Assembly (NCBI GenBank): GCA_963693365.1
Contig: CAVNZM010000004.1
Span: 11,312,468-11,376,467 of the forward strand
Direction of reading: 5' to 3'
Origin: Amoebidium appalachense
Lineage: Eukaryota > Protista > Ichthyosporea
Length of the DNA: 64,000 nt
The translations under genes were made by a program, and so were the position numbers. The notes under the pieces are model-generated. The model had not been told where the DNA came from, did not search any database, and worked only from the letters and a program-made list of their open reading frames with translations. This document shows, piece after piece, positions 1-32,872 of the stretch (its first letter is position 1; every line of letters begins with the position of its first letter).

Positions 1-289
1 CTTGTGATGGCTGGGAAACATTTTTTCGAGATGTTCTAACATATAGTGAGTAGGTTGACCTGATGCGTTGTCTCGAAACCCCCCGTCCCCTTCCCACCCC
101 CCTCCTTTCTCCAAAACTCCCCCTCGCCCCCTTCTTCAACCCTTTTAGGGGCACTCCCCACCTCTTTCAACCTTCGTCCAGCACCACTGAAGCTAAGAGC
201 CACCTCGTTTTCATCATGTAAACCTCCCATTTCCCACGCGCGCGCACACACACACACACGCACGCACACGCACACGCACACGCACACGC

Positions 290-329
<40 letters not shown>

Positions 330-456
330 CAGACACGCACACACACACGCACACACACACACATCCCCCCCTCCACCCCCACCCCCACTCCCCCCCCTCC
401 CCCCCTCCCCCCCTCCCCCTCCCCCCCCCCCCCCCCCCCCCCACACACACACACAG

Positions 457-20309
<19,853 letters not shown>

Positions 20310-20576
20310 GCACTGGTATATGCACCATGGAATGTGGAGCGCAGTGTGCCAGAACGGCCACACTGGGCAACGTTGACGAAGGATTATTTGTCTGTGTGCG
20401 CCTGCCTGCTCTGTGTGGTTCACGGCAAATTTTTTTTTCGTTTAAACAACTGCTGCACTTTGAAATAACCCTCAAGGAAGGACGACTGATTTATTCACAA
20501 GCTTGTTTTTCTTTTTTCAACTGACGCTCCTTTTGTTCAAAGCAATTGTGTGTTTCTCATTTAAAATCCCTCCCCT

Positions 20577-20610
<34 letters not shown>

Positions 20611-22150
20611 TGGCCCCTCGTCGTTCGTTGTGGCATCCAGGGTTTGATGGGTTGAAAGAAAGAATATTGAAGTTCATAAATATGTTTGTAATGGGTGGTA
20701 TACATACCGGGCCCCATAATGTATGACTGTAGTGCACGGCACTGTTTAAATCTGCTCTGCAGCCCCATGTACATACGATATGCCTTATATGGAAACAAGA
20801 TCCGCCTTAAAATGTTCATCTATAACAATGCCTTTTAAATGTTGTTTTGTGTATGTACGAATACAAGCGCAGTACATATTGCGTTATAGCTAAGCAAACT
20901 GGATCGCTCCTTTGCATGATCATACATTAGAACTGATGATGGGTTTCCTTAGGGTGAAAGCTGAATCAACATCTAGAGCATACTTAAACCTATAAAATAT
21001 GCACGAAACGTTGAGAACGTAATACTTCATTTTAAAGCATTCCTTGATCATGTCCAAAGAGCACCCTGCCATTTATAATGCGACTGCTGAAGATTGAATA
21101 AACCGGATTGATGCACTGATTTTGTGTACGTTATGTAGGCTGGCAGAAGCAGCTTAATATGGCAGAATGATTTTGGATGATTCAGACTCATGCTGCAGAA
21201 GACGGTCTGCAACAACTTAGTATTGTGTTGAGTAGATGCTCTTCTGATGTGGTTAGGCACCCCTTTTTTTTCGCCGAAAATTTGCGAGTACAATCGTGCC
21301 TTCTTTCAGTGGATGACTGGTGTTTCCGAATATATCATGCAAACCGATATTATTAACCGCTCCTAGTTTCCTCCGAGTCATGACTGCCTAGGTACATATT
21401 ACAAGGATGTTCCGTGACCCTTGAAAGTTCATAATTTGACCGATTATGTCTTTGCCCATTTCTCGTGTGCATGGTCGACTACATACATTGATTTCCACTG
21501 CAATCCGGAGGACGGAACAATTCAGAACAATCTATCAGATCTGATACCTACCTAAGTGCCATTCAGAGACTTGCAACATCCAAAATATTGAATTTCCGCA
21601 CAACATACATCACTCCAGAAGTATCTCCACAAGTTCATTTTTCAGAGTGTGCTGAGTTTCACTTTCAACAAGATTAGTTTTCACTTATTGTTCTAGCAAT
21701 AAGGGCTCCTTCTCATGATATTTATTATGCAGACATGCGTGGTTGAAACATAATCAATGTTTTCATAAGTGGAGACATGTTTGCAGATGTGTGCTTAGCG
21801 GATCCCACTTTTAACCCCGAATGGGCTGTACTATTTAACATATTAAGTTAGGGGGGCTTGTTCTGTTTTACTACGGGTTCGGTATTGAGATATTCCCTGT
21901 AGGATGATAACAGCATGGTGGTGCTGTGCCCGGGTTTATTTGTGGTGGGATTTTTGTATCGTGTGCACATTTAGTTTGGTGGCCACGGTGGCTGCTGTGT
22001 ATATGTTGTGGGTTGCACTCTGCTTTGTGGTGCGTGTGTCTGCATTAACGTGGGGTACAATATACGCACAAGCCCGGAAGGTGTTGGTGAGTAGGTGTAC
22101 ATGTGCAGCGCGCGCGCGCGCGCGTGTGTATGTGTGCGTGTGTGTGTGTG

Positions 22151-22206
<56 letters not shown>

Positions 22207-22523
22207 CCAGGTGTTGTGTTTGGTTCTTTCTGTGCCACAAGTACTTGTGACAGTACTGGGTGGCTGTACAGTAAAATTTGGTATCTAGCTCTTTGCTGGT
22301 CTTAAACTCGGAGGAAACCTCGGAAGCATGGCTTGGCCCTAGTAGGCAGGCCTGGGGGGATTCCGAACGAGCGAGTGTTTGGGGGGAGGGGGGGCCCGGG
22401 GCCCGGGGGGGGGGGGGGGGGAGGGGGGAGGGGGGGGGAGGGGGGGGGGAGGGGGGGGGGAGAGGGGGGCGGAGGGGGACAAAGAAGTTGATGGTCCAGG
22501 AGCGCTCCAAAACCATTTCAAGT

Positions 22524-22554
<31 letters not shown>

Positions 22555-22562
22555 TTTTTTGT

Positions 22563-22598
<36 letters not shown>

Positions 22599-23112
22599 GG
22601 GGGGGGGGGAGGCAAGCGGGGGGAGGAGGGGGGAGGGTGGCGAGGGATGAGATGGTGGGGAGAGGGGGGGAGGGGGGGGGGGGGGGGGGAGAGGAGAGGA
22701 AGGAAGGGCCACGGGAGGTTAGGCTGAGTGGGTTTAAAAATTACTTGTCACACCTCTGGTGCTGGAGCCTTATTGTAGTGTCGATCGCGAGACTGGGGGT
22801 GCGGCATGCCAGGAGCTACTACTAGAGAGAAGGCGGGAGTATGATTGGAGGGGGGGTGTTCAGCTAACCTTATATGGATAAAGCAAAGTTACAAGGATTC
22901 AAGCCATTGGTTGGGCAAGACCCCTTTTGCCGAATATGGATAACAGATCATACACTGCTGTAGGCGGCGGTCAGGAATTGGCGCGCTCTTTACTGGTCAC
23001 AACCAGTCCGGGAAGGCCATGAGCAGCATTGCCGAGCACACTGGAATACGGGAATGTTTGCGGTAACGTAGTCGCACTAGGGGGGCAGGGGGCCAGGCCC
23101 CAAGTGTTTAAA

Positions 23113-24628
23113 ATGAAGCCAGGCTGCCCTAAGGGCACAACACAGCGCCCTGGGCATAAAACAGGCGGAGCTAGGGAGGGAGCTGGGCGCAAAAAAAAAG
23201 ATGCTGCATTTGTTCAGCCTTTAGCGAACTTTGCAGGTTTTGGGACGGCAAACAAAGCTGTTTTGCAGGAACTAAACGTAAACGTACAACCCGAACAGCC
23301 CCCTCTATCTAAGGCCGCCGACATAAGGGCCCGTGTAGTTGAGGCAGGTAGCGTCCATTCGTTACCAAGAGAAATGGATCGGGCCCCTGCTCCACACCCA
23401 CCAGACATACAGGTGCAACCCGACGAGGAACCTTTGCTAAATGCAGCAGCAGATGCGTACCGGGTAGACGAGGATGAAGGGGAGGAAGAGGGAGAAGATA
23501 ATACGGACGGGGATGACGGTGGAGAGGAGTTTTCTGACGCGGCGGGCGAAACAATCAAGTCGCACCTGCACACAGTGAAAGAGAGTCTCAAAGATGAGAA
23601 GACGCCTGTGGGGTGGCATCTTCCACCTCCCATTATAGGCTTTAAATTTGGGGGCGATCCAGCGCCTTTCTACAAACCCAGATGTTTTGCCTGGCTTCCG
23701 GAAAGGTTGTCTCCCGGTTTCATGGTGCCGTGCCCCTTCGATGATCACTACGTGGACCCCCACAACCACCCCAACCCACACCGTACTTCTCGCAATGGGT
23801 TCATGAGCAACCCCGTAGGACGGCGTGTTATCGACTTTGACAGCTGCTACTACATTATCACGGCCCGGTACTTTTGTGACACATGCAAAAAAAACTTTGC
23901 CGGCACAAACCCCCAGACAATTAAACGCCTTCCACTCTTCATGCGTGATCAGTTTCCGGCCTACCTTAGCCACCGCAGTGGGCTCGACCTAAAGGTGGTA
24001 ACATTGTTGCGTGCACTGGCAGACAAAGGTGTGGGCCCAAACGCCTTTGCCACCCTCCTCTCGGAGCTCCACAAGCAGCGATACGACGAGCAGCGGCTCC
24101 TGTATTACTCGAGGGCGCTGCATTGGACCAAGTATGAACTCAAAAAGCGTAACGATTTCCGCCCCCACGACCAGCGCCTGACAGAACTTCCCCCAGAGGA
24201 GCAGGCGGCTAAGTTCTCGGCGTTTGGTGACAAAAATGGTTACGCTGGACATGTGCCTTCAGGCAAGTGTGCACTGCATTTTGGGTGTGTAAATGGTCCC
24301 CATTGTTTTGTATGCACGTGCTTGGGCATTTTTTGGGTTGGCTTGGTAGGGTTTTGTTTTATTATTTTTTATTTTTTTTTTAGGGGGGGGGGGGGGACTT
24401 GGAAATGGGTTTTGGAAGTGTGGTCAATAAGTTTCTATTATGGTGGTGGTGGATGTGTGGTGGTGGATGTGCGCCTGTGAGTGTGCGTGTACTTGTGGGT
24501 CCGTGTGTGTGTGTGTGTGTGGGTGGGGGGGGGGGGGGGGGGGGGGGAGGGGGAGGGGGGACATGGTGATGGATTAGGTGGTGGTGGTGGCAATCAGTCA
24601 TGGTGGTGGTGGTGGTGGTGGTGGTGGT

Positions 24629-24659
<31 letters not shown>

Positions 24660-24816
24660 GGGCAGAGGGATCATCAGAGGGGTGAAAGCATAACGGTCCA
24701 TGTACCAGTGAGTGTGCTTGGGAAATCGTGGAGAACTGTTATGCCTGAAATTAGATGGTGGGTGTGCGCATGTGTGTCTGTGTGTGTTGGGGGAAAGGAG
24801 GTGGAGAGGGGGGGGG

Positions 24817-24850
<34 letters not shown>

Positions 24851-25497
24851 GGGCACATGGTGGTAGACTGGATCTTGGTGGCGGTACTTAATGGTTATTA
24901 TAGTAGTGGCAGGAGGGTGTGGGGGGAAGGGCAAACGGACGTGCAGGGGACAAACTGCAGATGGGGCACAAAGGGGAAAGAAGGTGAAAGTTGGTGCAAT
25001 GACTTGGAGGGTTTGCGCGCGCCGGGAGGCGGGGGGAGGGGGGGGGGGGGGGGGGAGGGGGGGGGGGGGCAAACGGCCGGAGATGGGTGTGTAGCGTTTT
25101 TGAGATGGGAAAAGCCATACAGACTTACGAAAATACAGAGAGGTGAGATGAACACGAGGGACTAGAGGGAATGGGGGGGATGGTCCTGATGGGAGGGTGG
25201 TGGAGTTCTAACAGTACTTGGGGTTCAGGCAAATACCTGAGTGCCGTGTATACTGAGTTCAGCGACCGCACGGCAAAGTACCAGAGCCTGGACACGCAGC
25301 TCAAGCCCGTAAACAACGTGCTCAAGGCCGACCACACCTTCCAAATTGGGAAGCTCACCGGCATCAATGGGGAGCCTCTGTACCGAGGCCTATGGACTTG
25401 TGTAAACGAGCTTGGCGGTGTGTGGTCCCTCCTCTTCTCCCCCCCTCCCCCCACTCTCCCCCAGGCCCCCTCTCCCCTCCCCCCCCCCCCCACACAC

Positions 25498-25528
<31 letters not shown>

Positions 25529-25782
25529 ACACGCCCCCTCCCCCCCCTCCCCCCCCTCCCCCCTCTAGGGCCTTTAAATCTCTTAGGCTCCACATTTAAT
25601 GAGGTGGCACACTGTGAGTAGAGGTTTGTAGTATGTGGGTTTTGGGGACAATTCTTGCCCTGTCGAGCAAAAACTAGGAAGCTCCAGATATGTGTGTATG
25701 TGTTTTTGCTGGGTAGAGATTGGGGTGGGCTGGGGTGGAGCTTTCTTTTGGCGGGGAATCGGGGGGGGGGGGGGGGGGGGGG

Positions 25783-25826
<44 letters not shown>

Positions 25827-27323
25827 AGCTTCTGCCAAGCAGAATGGGAGTAGGGGCCAGTGATTGCAAGGGATGCAGGGGGGGGGGGGGGGGGGGGGGA
25901 GAGACACCACCGTCGGGGTTGAAGGTAGAGAGGGCAAGAGGCCCGGGGTGGGGTGGGGGGGGGGGGGGGGGGACAGTAGGTGCCATATGGAGGGCTGTCC
26001 CATGGTTTGGGGGGAGGGGGAGTGGGGAAGGATCGTGGGCACATGGGTTTGGGGGGAAGGCAGAGAGGGGGAAAGGATTGTGATCACAAGGGTTTAGGGG
26101 GAGGAAGGGGGAAGGATTGTAGGTACATGGGTTTAGGGGGGAGGGGGGGGGGGAAGATTTTGGGGGAAAGGGAGGCCTGGGGAAAGTATGTGGGCACATG
26201 GGTTTGGGGGGAAGGAGGGGGAAGGGTTTTGGGGGAGAGGGAGGGGAAAGTATGTGGGCACATGGGTTTGGGGGGAGGGAGGGGGAAAGGATTGTGTGGG
26301 CACTGAAGTCTCGTGAAGGGCCATGTGGTAAGGGAAGCTAGAACATGCATGGCCGCTCGGAGATGCCCTCTCACACAGTGCGGCACCCCAGAGATCCGGG
26401 CGCAGGTATTTACACGGGACTGCAGCCACCAGGAGATTGAGCCCGTGATCCAGCGCATCTCTGCCACCACGGCGGCGCTCAACAGCAAGGGCCCGGCCTT
26501 CTTCTACACAGATCGGTGCTGCCAAGACCGGGCGTTTGTTGAGCGCATGTTTCCAACCCTAGCCCGGCCAAAATGCCCCGTCCGTCTGAACGAGGCTGCG
26601 CTGGTAAGCGTGACGGACGGTCTGCCTGGGCTGGAGCTGCCGGCCAACTACCCTAAGCCGGTGTACACCGACTGCCAGGGGGCGGTGGTGGCTACAGCGG
26701 CCATTCGTGCCGACCTGGAGGGGCAGCAGCACCGCGTGGTGGGGCTGGACTGCGAGTGGGTCTATCGGGTGGGCCAGGCGCGGTCCAAGGTTTGCACGCT
26801 GCAGATTGCCACCGCACGGGCCGTGTACATCTTCCACTTGGCACGCATGGGCCCCAACCACAGCCCGCCCGCGCGGCTGGTGGACGAGCTGATTGCGCTG
26901 CTTAGGGACCCCAGCATCATCAAGGTGGGCAAGCAGATCGGCACGGACTCGGCCCACCTCAACAAGGACTACGGCACCCCTGTGGCCAGCTATCTGGAGC
27001 TGGGCCGGTTCTGCTATGCCCGTGCAGCTATCACCTCTGCGGCCCGGGGCTTGGCCGACATCACTGCCCAGGTCATAGGCAAGAAGCTGCCCAAGCCGGC
27101 ACTTGTTCGATGCTCCAACTGGCACGAGCCGCTATCAGAGGTGCAGGCCACCTACGCTGCCCTTGATGCATATGCGTCCCTGCAGGTCTACTCGGCCGTG
27201 GTCGATAGGCCAAACCTGTCAGGTGTGTATCCCACCTGCTTTTTGCCCCAGTGCTTATGTGCTTATGCCAGATATAGAAAGATTGTGGGCCCCCCAGAGG
27301 AGAGGGGGAGGGGGGGGGAGGGG

Positions 27324-27355
<32 letters not shown>

Positions 27356-27447
27356 TGGCTGACCACATGGGCCAGTGTTCCAGTTGTGTTATGCTGGGTG
27401 TCGGGTGGCTATCAAAGGAGGGGGTGATTGGTGGTGGTGGTGGTGGT

Positions 27448-27481
<34 letters not shown>

Positions 27482-28520
27482 CTATAGCACTGTTAACACG
27501 TGCAAGTGCCACACAAGCTGGGCACTGGGAGAGGGGGGGGGGGGAGGGAGAAGGGGGGGGGGGGGGGGAAGGGGGTTGCTAAGGAATATGCATTTGATTT
27601 TTGTGGAGCGAAGAGAAAAACGTTGGTGCTGTGGCTTTTTGGCTGAGTTTTTTGCTTCCCTCTATGACATGCAGCGCGGCTTCATGCAAAGGCACTCGGT
27701 GAAGGGGTTGAGATTGTGCCCCGGCGGGGCCCACATGCTGCAGCAGCCACCGGGGTGGTGCTGGCTGTGCAGCCGGAGCGCTGGGGGGGCATGAAGGTGG
27801 GCAAGAAGCATGCAGTGGTGCGGGTGGATCAGGTGCTGTCGCCGGCCATGCAGGTGCCCTTTGGCCCCGACAAGGGCAAGACCCTGGGAGAGCTGGGCCC
27901 GCCGCCCTTTGAGCTGATGGTGCACCTGCAGTGGCTACGGCCCATTCAGCCCCCACCGGACCCAGGTGCCGAGGTGCCGGTGGTCCCTGACCCAGCCCCT
28001 CCCCCTGCCAGTCCTCCCCCTGCCGAGCAGCAGCAACCCCTTGCCGGCCCACAGGCACCCCCCCAGGACCCCCAGGCAGCCCCGGGGGGCCTTGAGGCAG
28101 CCCCAGGGGGACCCGAGGCAGCTCCCAGAGAGGGCATGTTGGGCCAGGCACCGCCTGGGGAGGTGGTGTGGCAGACTGTGCTGAATGACGCCTTCCACTC
28201 CATTGCAAACACGGCGGACGGCACGTACAAGTCACACCCCCGCAGGGCTGAGTACGCACGCGCACTCAGCGAGGCAATATTTGTGTGGAATGAAGAGGAT
28301 TACGGACATGTGAAGGTGCCCCCCCCCCCCCCCCCCCCCCCCAAAATAAAAAATAAAAAATAAAAATAAAAAAAACGGCAACAACAACATGCGTGACTGA
28401 CGCGCACACACACATACACTCGTTAGCACACACTCACCATTCCACCCACAACCATGCACACCTTCGACAAAACTTCTGAGGGAAGAGAGAGAGCCTGAGC
28501 CTCAGAGAGAGGGGGGGGAA

Positions 28521-28558
<38 letters not shown>

Positions 28559-29157
28559 GGGGGGGGGGGAGGGGGGAGGAGAGTGGGGGTTATTCATATG
28601 CCTAGAGAGAAATAATGTAGGGTTGTGGGGGGAAATAGCCACATGCATTTTTTACTTGTGTTGGGGGAGAAGATGGGGGGGGTGGAGGGGAGGGGTCCTA
28701 CAATAACGGCAGGTATCAAAGTCTACCAAACCCAAATTGCAGTGTGCGTAGTAAATTAATATTGGCATCCTGCCTCACAGGGGGTGCTGGAGCAGAAGGG
28801 CATCGACATTGAAACCGAGCTCAAGGGCGGCGACCTGAGCTACTTCATGGAGCGCATCCGGCGGGTTATTCCCGACCCATACACGCTGGTCTCGCGGCTG
28901 GTGGAGTTCAAAAACACCTACAAGGATGTGCCGCCCGGACCGGATGGCAAGCCTCTGTTCAAGAAGGATGGCTTTGAAAGACTCGAGGCAACATCCCCCC
29001 CCCCCCCCCCCCCCCTCCCCTGCAGGCGCCCAACAACTCCACCACCACAGAAAAGATTCTTCGCTTATTTGTCATCCTTGGTTCATCTGCACACACACGC
29101 ACACCCTAGCCTCCCCCCCCCCCCCCCCCCCCCCCCCCCCAAACATACACACACACA

Positions 29158-29211
<54 letters not shown>

Positions 29212-29295
29212 CCCGCACGGCCCTTGCTGCCTAGCCAGTTGTTTTTTGCCTTTCCCTGCTCGTTTTTTTCCTTAGCAACCCCATCCCCCCCCCCC

Positions 29296-29326
<31 letters not shown>

Positions 29327-30998
29327 ACACACACATACACACACACTACCACCACCACCACCCACCCATCTCTCTGATGTTTGCTTGTGCCCCCACAGTC
29401 GCTGCTCGAACACGCCCAAAATGGCTGTCTGTCGGACCCCCCCGGCCTGCCCCTCTACTACGAGACCACTGCCGACGCAGATGGGCTCATGCGCTACCGC
29501 TGCATCCGGGGCACCAACGAGGTGGAGGGGGCAGTGCACAACCCCCTGGCCACCCACTTTGGGGCCACACGCATGTCGCTGCGCCTGCTGGACGCCACCA
29601 TGTCCAATAGGCGCCACCGCCACAACCTGCGTGCACACTACCGCAACCGCCTGGGCCAGGCATCGGGGCCCCCCCACTACAGCCCCTGGATTGTTGACGA
29701 CATGGAGGCACTGGCGCTGATGCTGTACGGCCATCACCTCGACCCCCAGTGGGTACCCGTAGGCTGCTACAAGCTACCGGAGGAGTACTTCAACTTTGCC
29801 CCGCTCTCCTGTGTGGCCAATGCCCCGGCGCAGGAGCCAGTTGCGGTGCCCGCACCCCCACCTCCGTCTGATAACATCGAGCCTGCAGCCAATGGCGTGA
29901 TGGGCGGGCCAGAGGACTGTGAGGTCGAGGAGGGTGACGGTGCTGCCATGGGGGGGGGGCAACCAGGTGGCGCGTGGTGCACCACAGCCGGACCCTGCAC
30001 TGAGGGGCGACTACAAGTTCCTGGCGCAGAAGCAACATGTGGCCATCCCCTTCCTTCCGGTGCTTACCCCTCAGGAGCGCAAGCTATTCAGCACGCTGCT
30101 CCTGGGCACCTACAAGGCACATGCAAAGCCCAACGGCCAGCTGTTCGAGGCTTTGGCCCAAGACTTCAACAAGGCTGCCTCTGTGGCTGGGGGAATCTAC
30201 ATGAAGGATGCGGCCTACATCAAGAAGCATTTCGACAAGTGGAAGACCTGGCAGACGGCACATGCACAGCGCTCCACACACGAGGGCCTGGCAGATCACC
30301 GCAAGCGTATGCGCGAGGAGAGGGCAGACGCTGTGCCAGCAACCATACGGCCTGCCCCCTTGCCACCCCTCCCTGTTCCAGACGGTGTCGATGCAGGGGC
30401 GCAGCGTGAGCGGCCCTTGCCCATGCTAGTGGGCAAAAAGCATCGCAACATTGGCCCTGAGGGGCCCCTGCAGATGGATTTGCCGGTGCCCCCTCCTATG
30501 CAGCCACCCCAGAGAGCCCCCAAGACCTGCAAGACGTGTGGCCGCCAGGGCAAGGGCTGCCCCGGCTCCAATCGGGCCAAGAGCTGCCCACGTTGGGTTG
30601 CAGCCAATCAGGATGCCATGCCACCAGCACCCGCGCTTGACATGCAGCAGGGCCATGTGCCGCACATGCCCCCTGCACCCCATCCAGGCCCGCACCACCC
30701 ACATGGCTGGCCCCCACCGTGGGGCATCATGCCGCCTCAGCCCGGCCCTGCCTTCCCCATGCCTGGGCTACTGCCGCAGCACGGTCCCCATCCTTACTTG
30801 GGCCATGTGGGCCAGCCCTCGGCTGGTGGGCAGTTCCCACCCCCTTCTCGTGCATCTGCTGTGCTGGGCCTGGCGTTGCCACCTGCTGGAGAGACGCAGC
30901 TGCAATGGCACGATCGAAAGCAAAGTAATCGTGGCCGCAAGTCTGCAGGCAGCCAATCAGGATCTCAGAGTAGTCAGAGTAGCCAAACTAGTGTCTAA
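23113..30998 (+). CDS. Transposase-like protein (~1,530 aa): DUF6729-like N-terminal region, DDE core with DxxH, embedded DEDDy 3'-5' exonuclease, C-terminal Cys cluster
   Basis: Exons 23113-24262, 25229-25417, 26392-27222, 27675-28315, 28781-28987, 29399-30998, with one frame change near 29950. N-terminal: GGAREGAGRKKK; RRVIDFDSCYYIITARYFCDTC...FPAYLSHRSGLD...GP..F..LLSELH (DUF6729-like). Transposase core: LKADHTF, VNELGEIR, FYTDRCCQD, VLNDAFH, YRCIRGTNEVEGAVH. Exonuclease: VGLDCEW / IKVG.QIGTD / SNW..PLS..Q..YAALDA. C-terminal: TCKTC...CPG....SC. Confidence 0.85.
26010..26305. repeat. Degenerate G-rich minisatellite (GGGAARGATTGT/GTATGT-GGGCACATGGGTTTGGGGG) in intron 2 of the transposase-like gene
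   Basis: GCACATGGGTTT(G/A)GGGG-type units recur at about 26039, 26123, 26194 and 26257. Confidence 0.75.
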
Positions 30999-31431
30999 TA
31001 TTGGAATGTACACCAATGTAACGGATCTCATATGTGTTGTAGTGCTTCAAGTTATACCTGTTCTTCGTACAGTCATGTTAGGGGGGAGGGGGGGGGGGGG
31101 GGGGGCTAGCTTTCATTCCGAAGTTTACTGTAAAGAATTAAAATTTAGAATCTGAGTAATAGTACAGAGCCTTTGCACTTTTCTCTGTTTGTTAGGAATT
31201 CTTTGTGATCGAGAGTATGGTGTGTTAGACTATTGGTGTTAATGTGTCCTGGAAGGTGTATAATGTCTGCTGGCCGTAGTCAGTATCTATTTTTAGGTAT
31301 ATAGTATATTTTTAAATGTTGGCCGCTGGCCAATAAATAGCAAATAATAAACACACGATAAAGTCAACAGCGTGCCAAAAAACTAATCCCCAGCGAGCGC
31401 ACCCAGTGATGTGTGTGTGTGTGTGTGTGTC

Positions 31432-31495
<64 letters not shown>

Positions 31496-32824
31496 CGCGC
31501 GCGCGTGCGTGCGTGTGTGTGTGTGTGTGTGCGTGCGTGCGTGCGTGTGTGCGTGTGTGCGTGTGTGCGTGTGTGCGTGTGTGTGTGTGAGTGTGTGTGT
31601 GTGTGTGTGTATGTGTGGTGTGGTGTGTGCGCGGCTTGTACATATGTACGTGTTCATGTGCACCTGTGTCGGACCTACGAAGTACATGAAAGTAAATTTT
31701 GACAGCATCGATCTGCCGGTGTGTATGTGTATGTGTGCCAGTGCAGCAGGTGTGCCTTGTAACTGATAGCTTCGCATTTTACGTGTGTGTATATATAGTA
31801 GTACGCATAGACACTTGCTGATCATTCGGATCGACATTAATATTTAATCTGTCGGTCCTCGGTTTTTTGAGTGAATGATGATCAAGTGTAAGAGCATTCA
31901 CTTGGCAAGTATTAATGTTGCAGAGGCTAGCTGCAGCTGCAAGCGTCGGATGCACACTGACAATTGTCTTTTCAGCGAGTCTAACCTGCAGGCAGCAGCT
32001 GCACACATATAGGGTTGTTATCTTGCGGCACATGCACGGTGATCATTTCAGAGTAATAGAGTTCAGAGCAATGAAAATAATGAAAATAACTAAACTTTGT
32101 GACTACTTTAAAGTTGCTGAGATCATACGTGGTGCAAGCTGCACTATGAACACATGTATAGTGCTAGTAATTAATACATTTTTGTTGCCTTCTGCAGGGT
32201 TATCGTAGCTACGTCACGGCCTGCACTCAGGGGGGGGGGAGGGGGGGGGGAGAGGGGGATGATTCGAAGGGGGTATAAATAAGAACATGCACCTAAAGGT
32301 CTTTCCCGTGGATCCTCCCCCCCCTCCCCCCCCCACCTCTCCCTCCCCCCGGGGCCCCATACTATGATATCTAGGCCCAATATTATATGCCCCTTCCCCC
32401 CCCCCCCCCCCCCTCCTCTCCGGATCCCCGGACCCCACTTCCCTACCCGGAGGCTCAAGAGCTCCCCCCTTCCCCCTCCCCCCCCTCCCCCCCCCCCCCC
32501 CCCCCAAGGCTTACGGGGGCCCTTCTTCATCGAGGGGGAGGGGGTGGGGGTGGGGGGTGGGGGGGAGGGGGTGGGGGGAGGGAAGTGGAAGGCGGGGGTG
32601 GATGCATGTCAGCCTAGGTGAATTCAATTGTTTAACTCCAGTGTGCAGGACTGGTCTGAAGGCTTAAGAAAACAACGAGGAAATGGGGTCCAGTGGAGGT
32701 GGTGGTGGTGTTCTGTGTGTGTGTGTACACGTGCACGTATGTGTGTGGTTTTTTTAAGGGGTGAGTGGTGGTGGTGGTGGTGGTGGTGGTCACCGTGGTG
32801 GTGGTGTGTGTGTCTGGTGTGTGT

Positions 32825-32872
<48 letters not shown>

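Larger units (their letters stand above)
23113..31336 (+). mobile_element. Probable DNA transposon or domesticated transposase (Mutator/ISL3-like DxxH class); termini not located
   Basis: Transposase-type catalytic motif order, and AATAAA near 31332. No convincing TIR or TSD found by eye in 20310-23110 or 31000-34000. Confidence 0.55.

Noticed and set aside
21809-21836. TTAACCC piggyBac-like left end for the transposase gene
   Set aside because: No matching GGGTTAA end was found downstream, and the protein is not piggyBac-like.
21366-22318. 13-bp inverted match (GTTTCCTCCGAGT / ACTCGGAGGAAAC) as possible TIRs
   Set aside because: Short, no TSD, both copies lie on the same side of the transposase gene, and it is compatible with chance.
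23029-23112. TTG-initiated extension of the transposase ORF, and its read-through to 24480
   Set aside because: The eukaryotic start is more plausibly ATG 23113. Sequence after 24262 is intronic low-complexity DNA, and homology-like motifs resume at 25229.
26559-27125. Antisense ORFs over the exonuclease exon and other GC-rich exons
   Set aside because: Shadow ORFs caused by high GC3 codon bias.
31779-32033. Possible minus-strand exon (…VRLAEKTIVSVHP…), and similarly 37078-37302
   Set aside because: No recognisable motif, and no partner exons could be joined.
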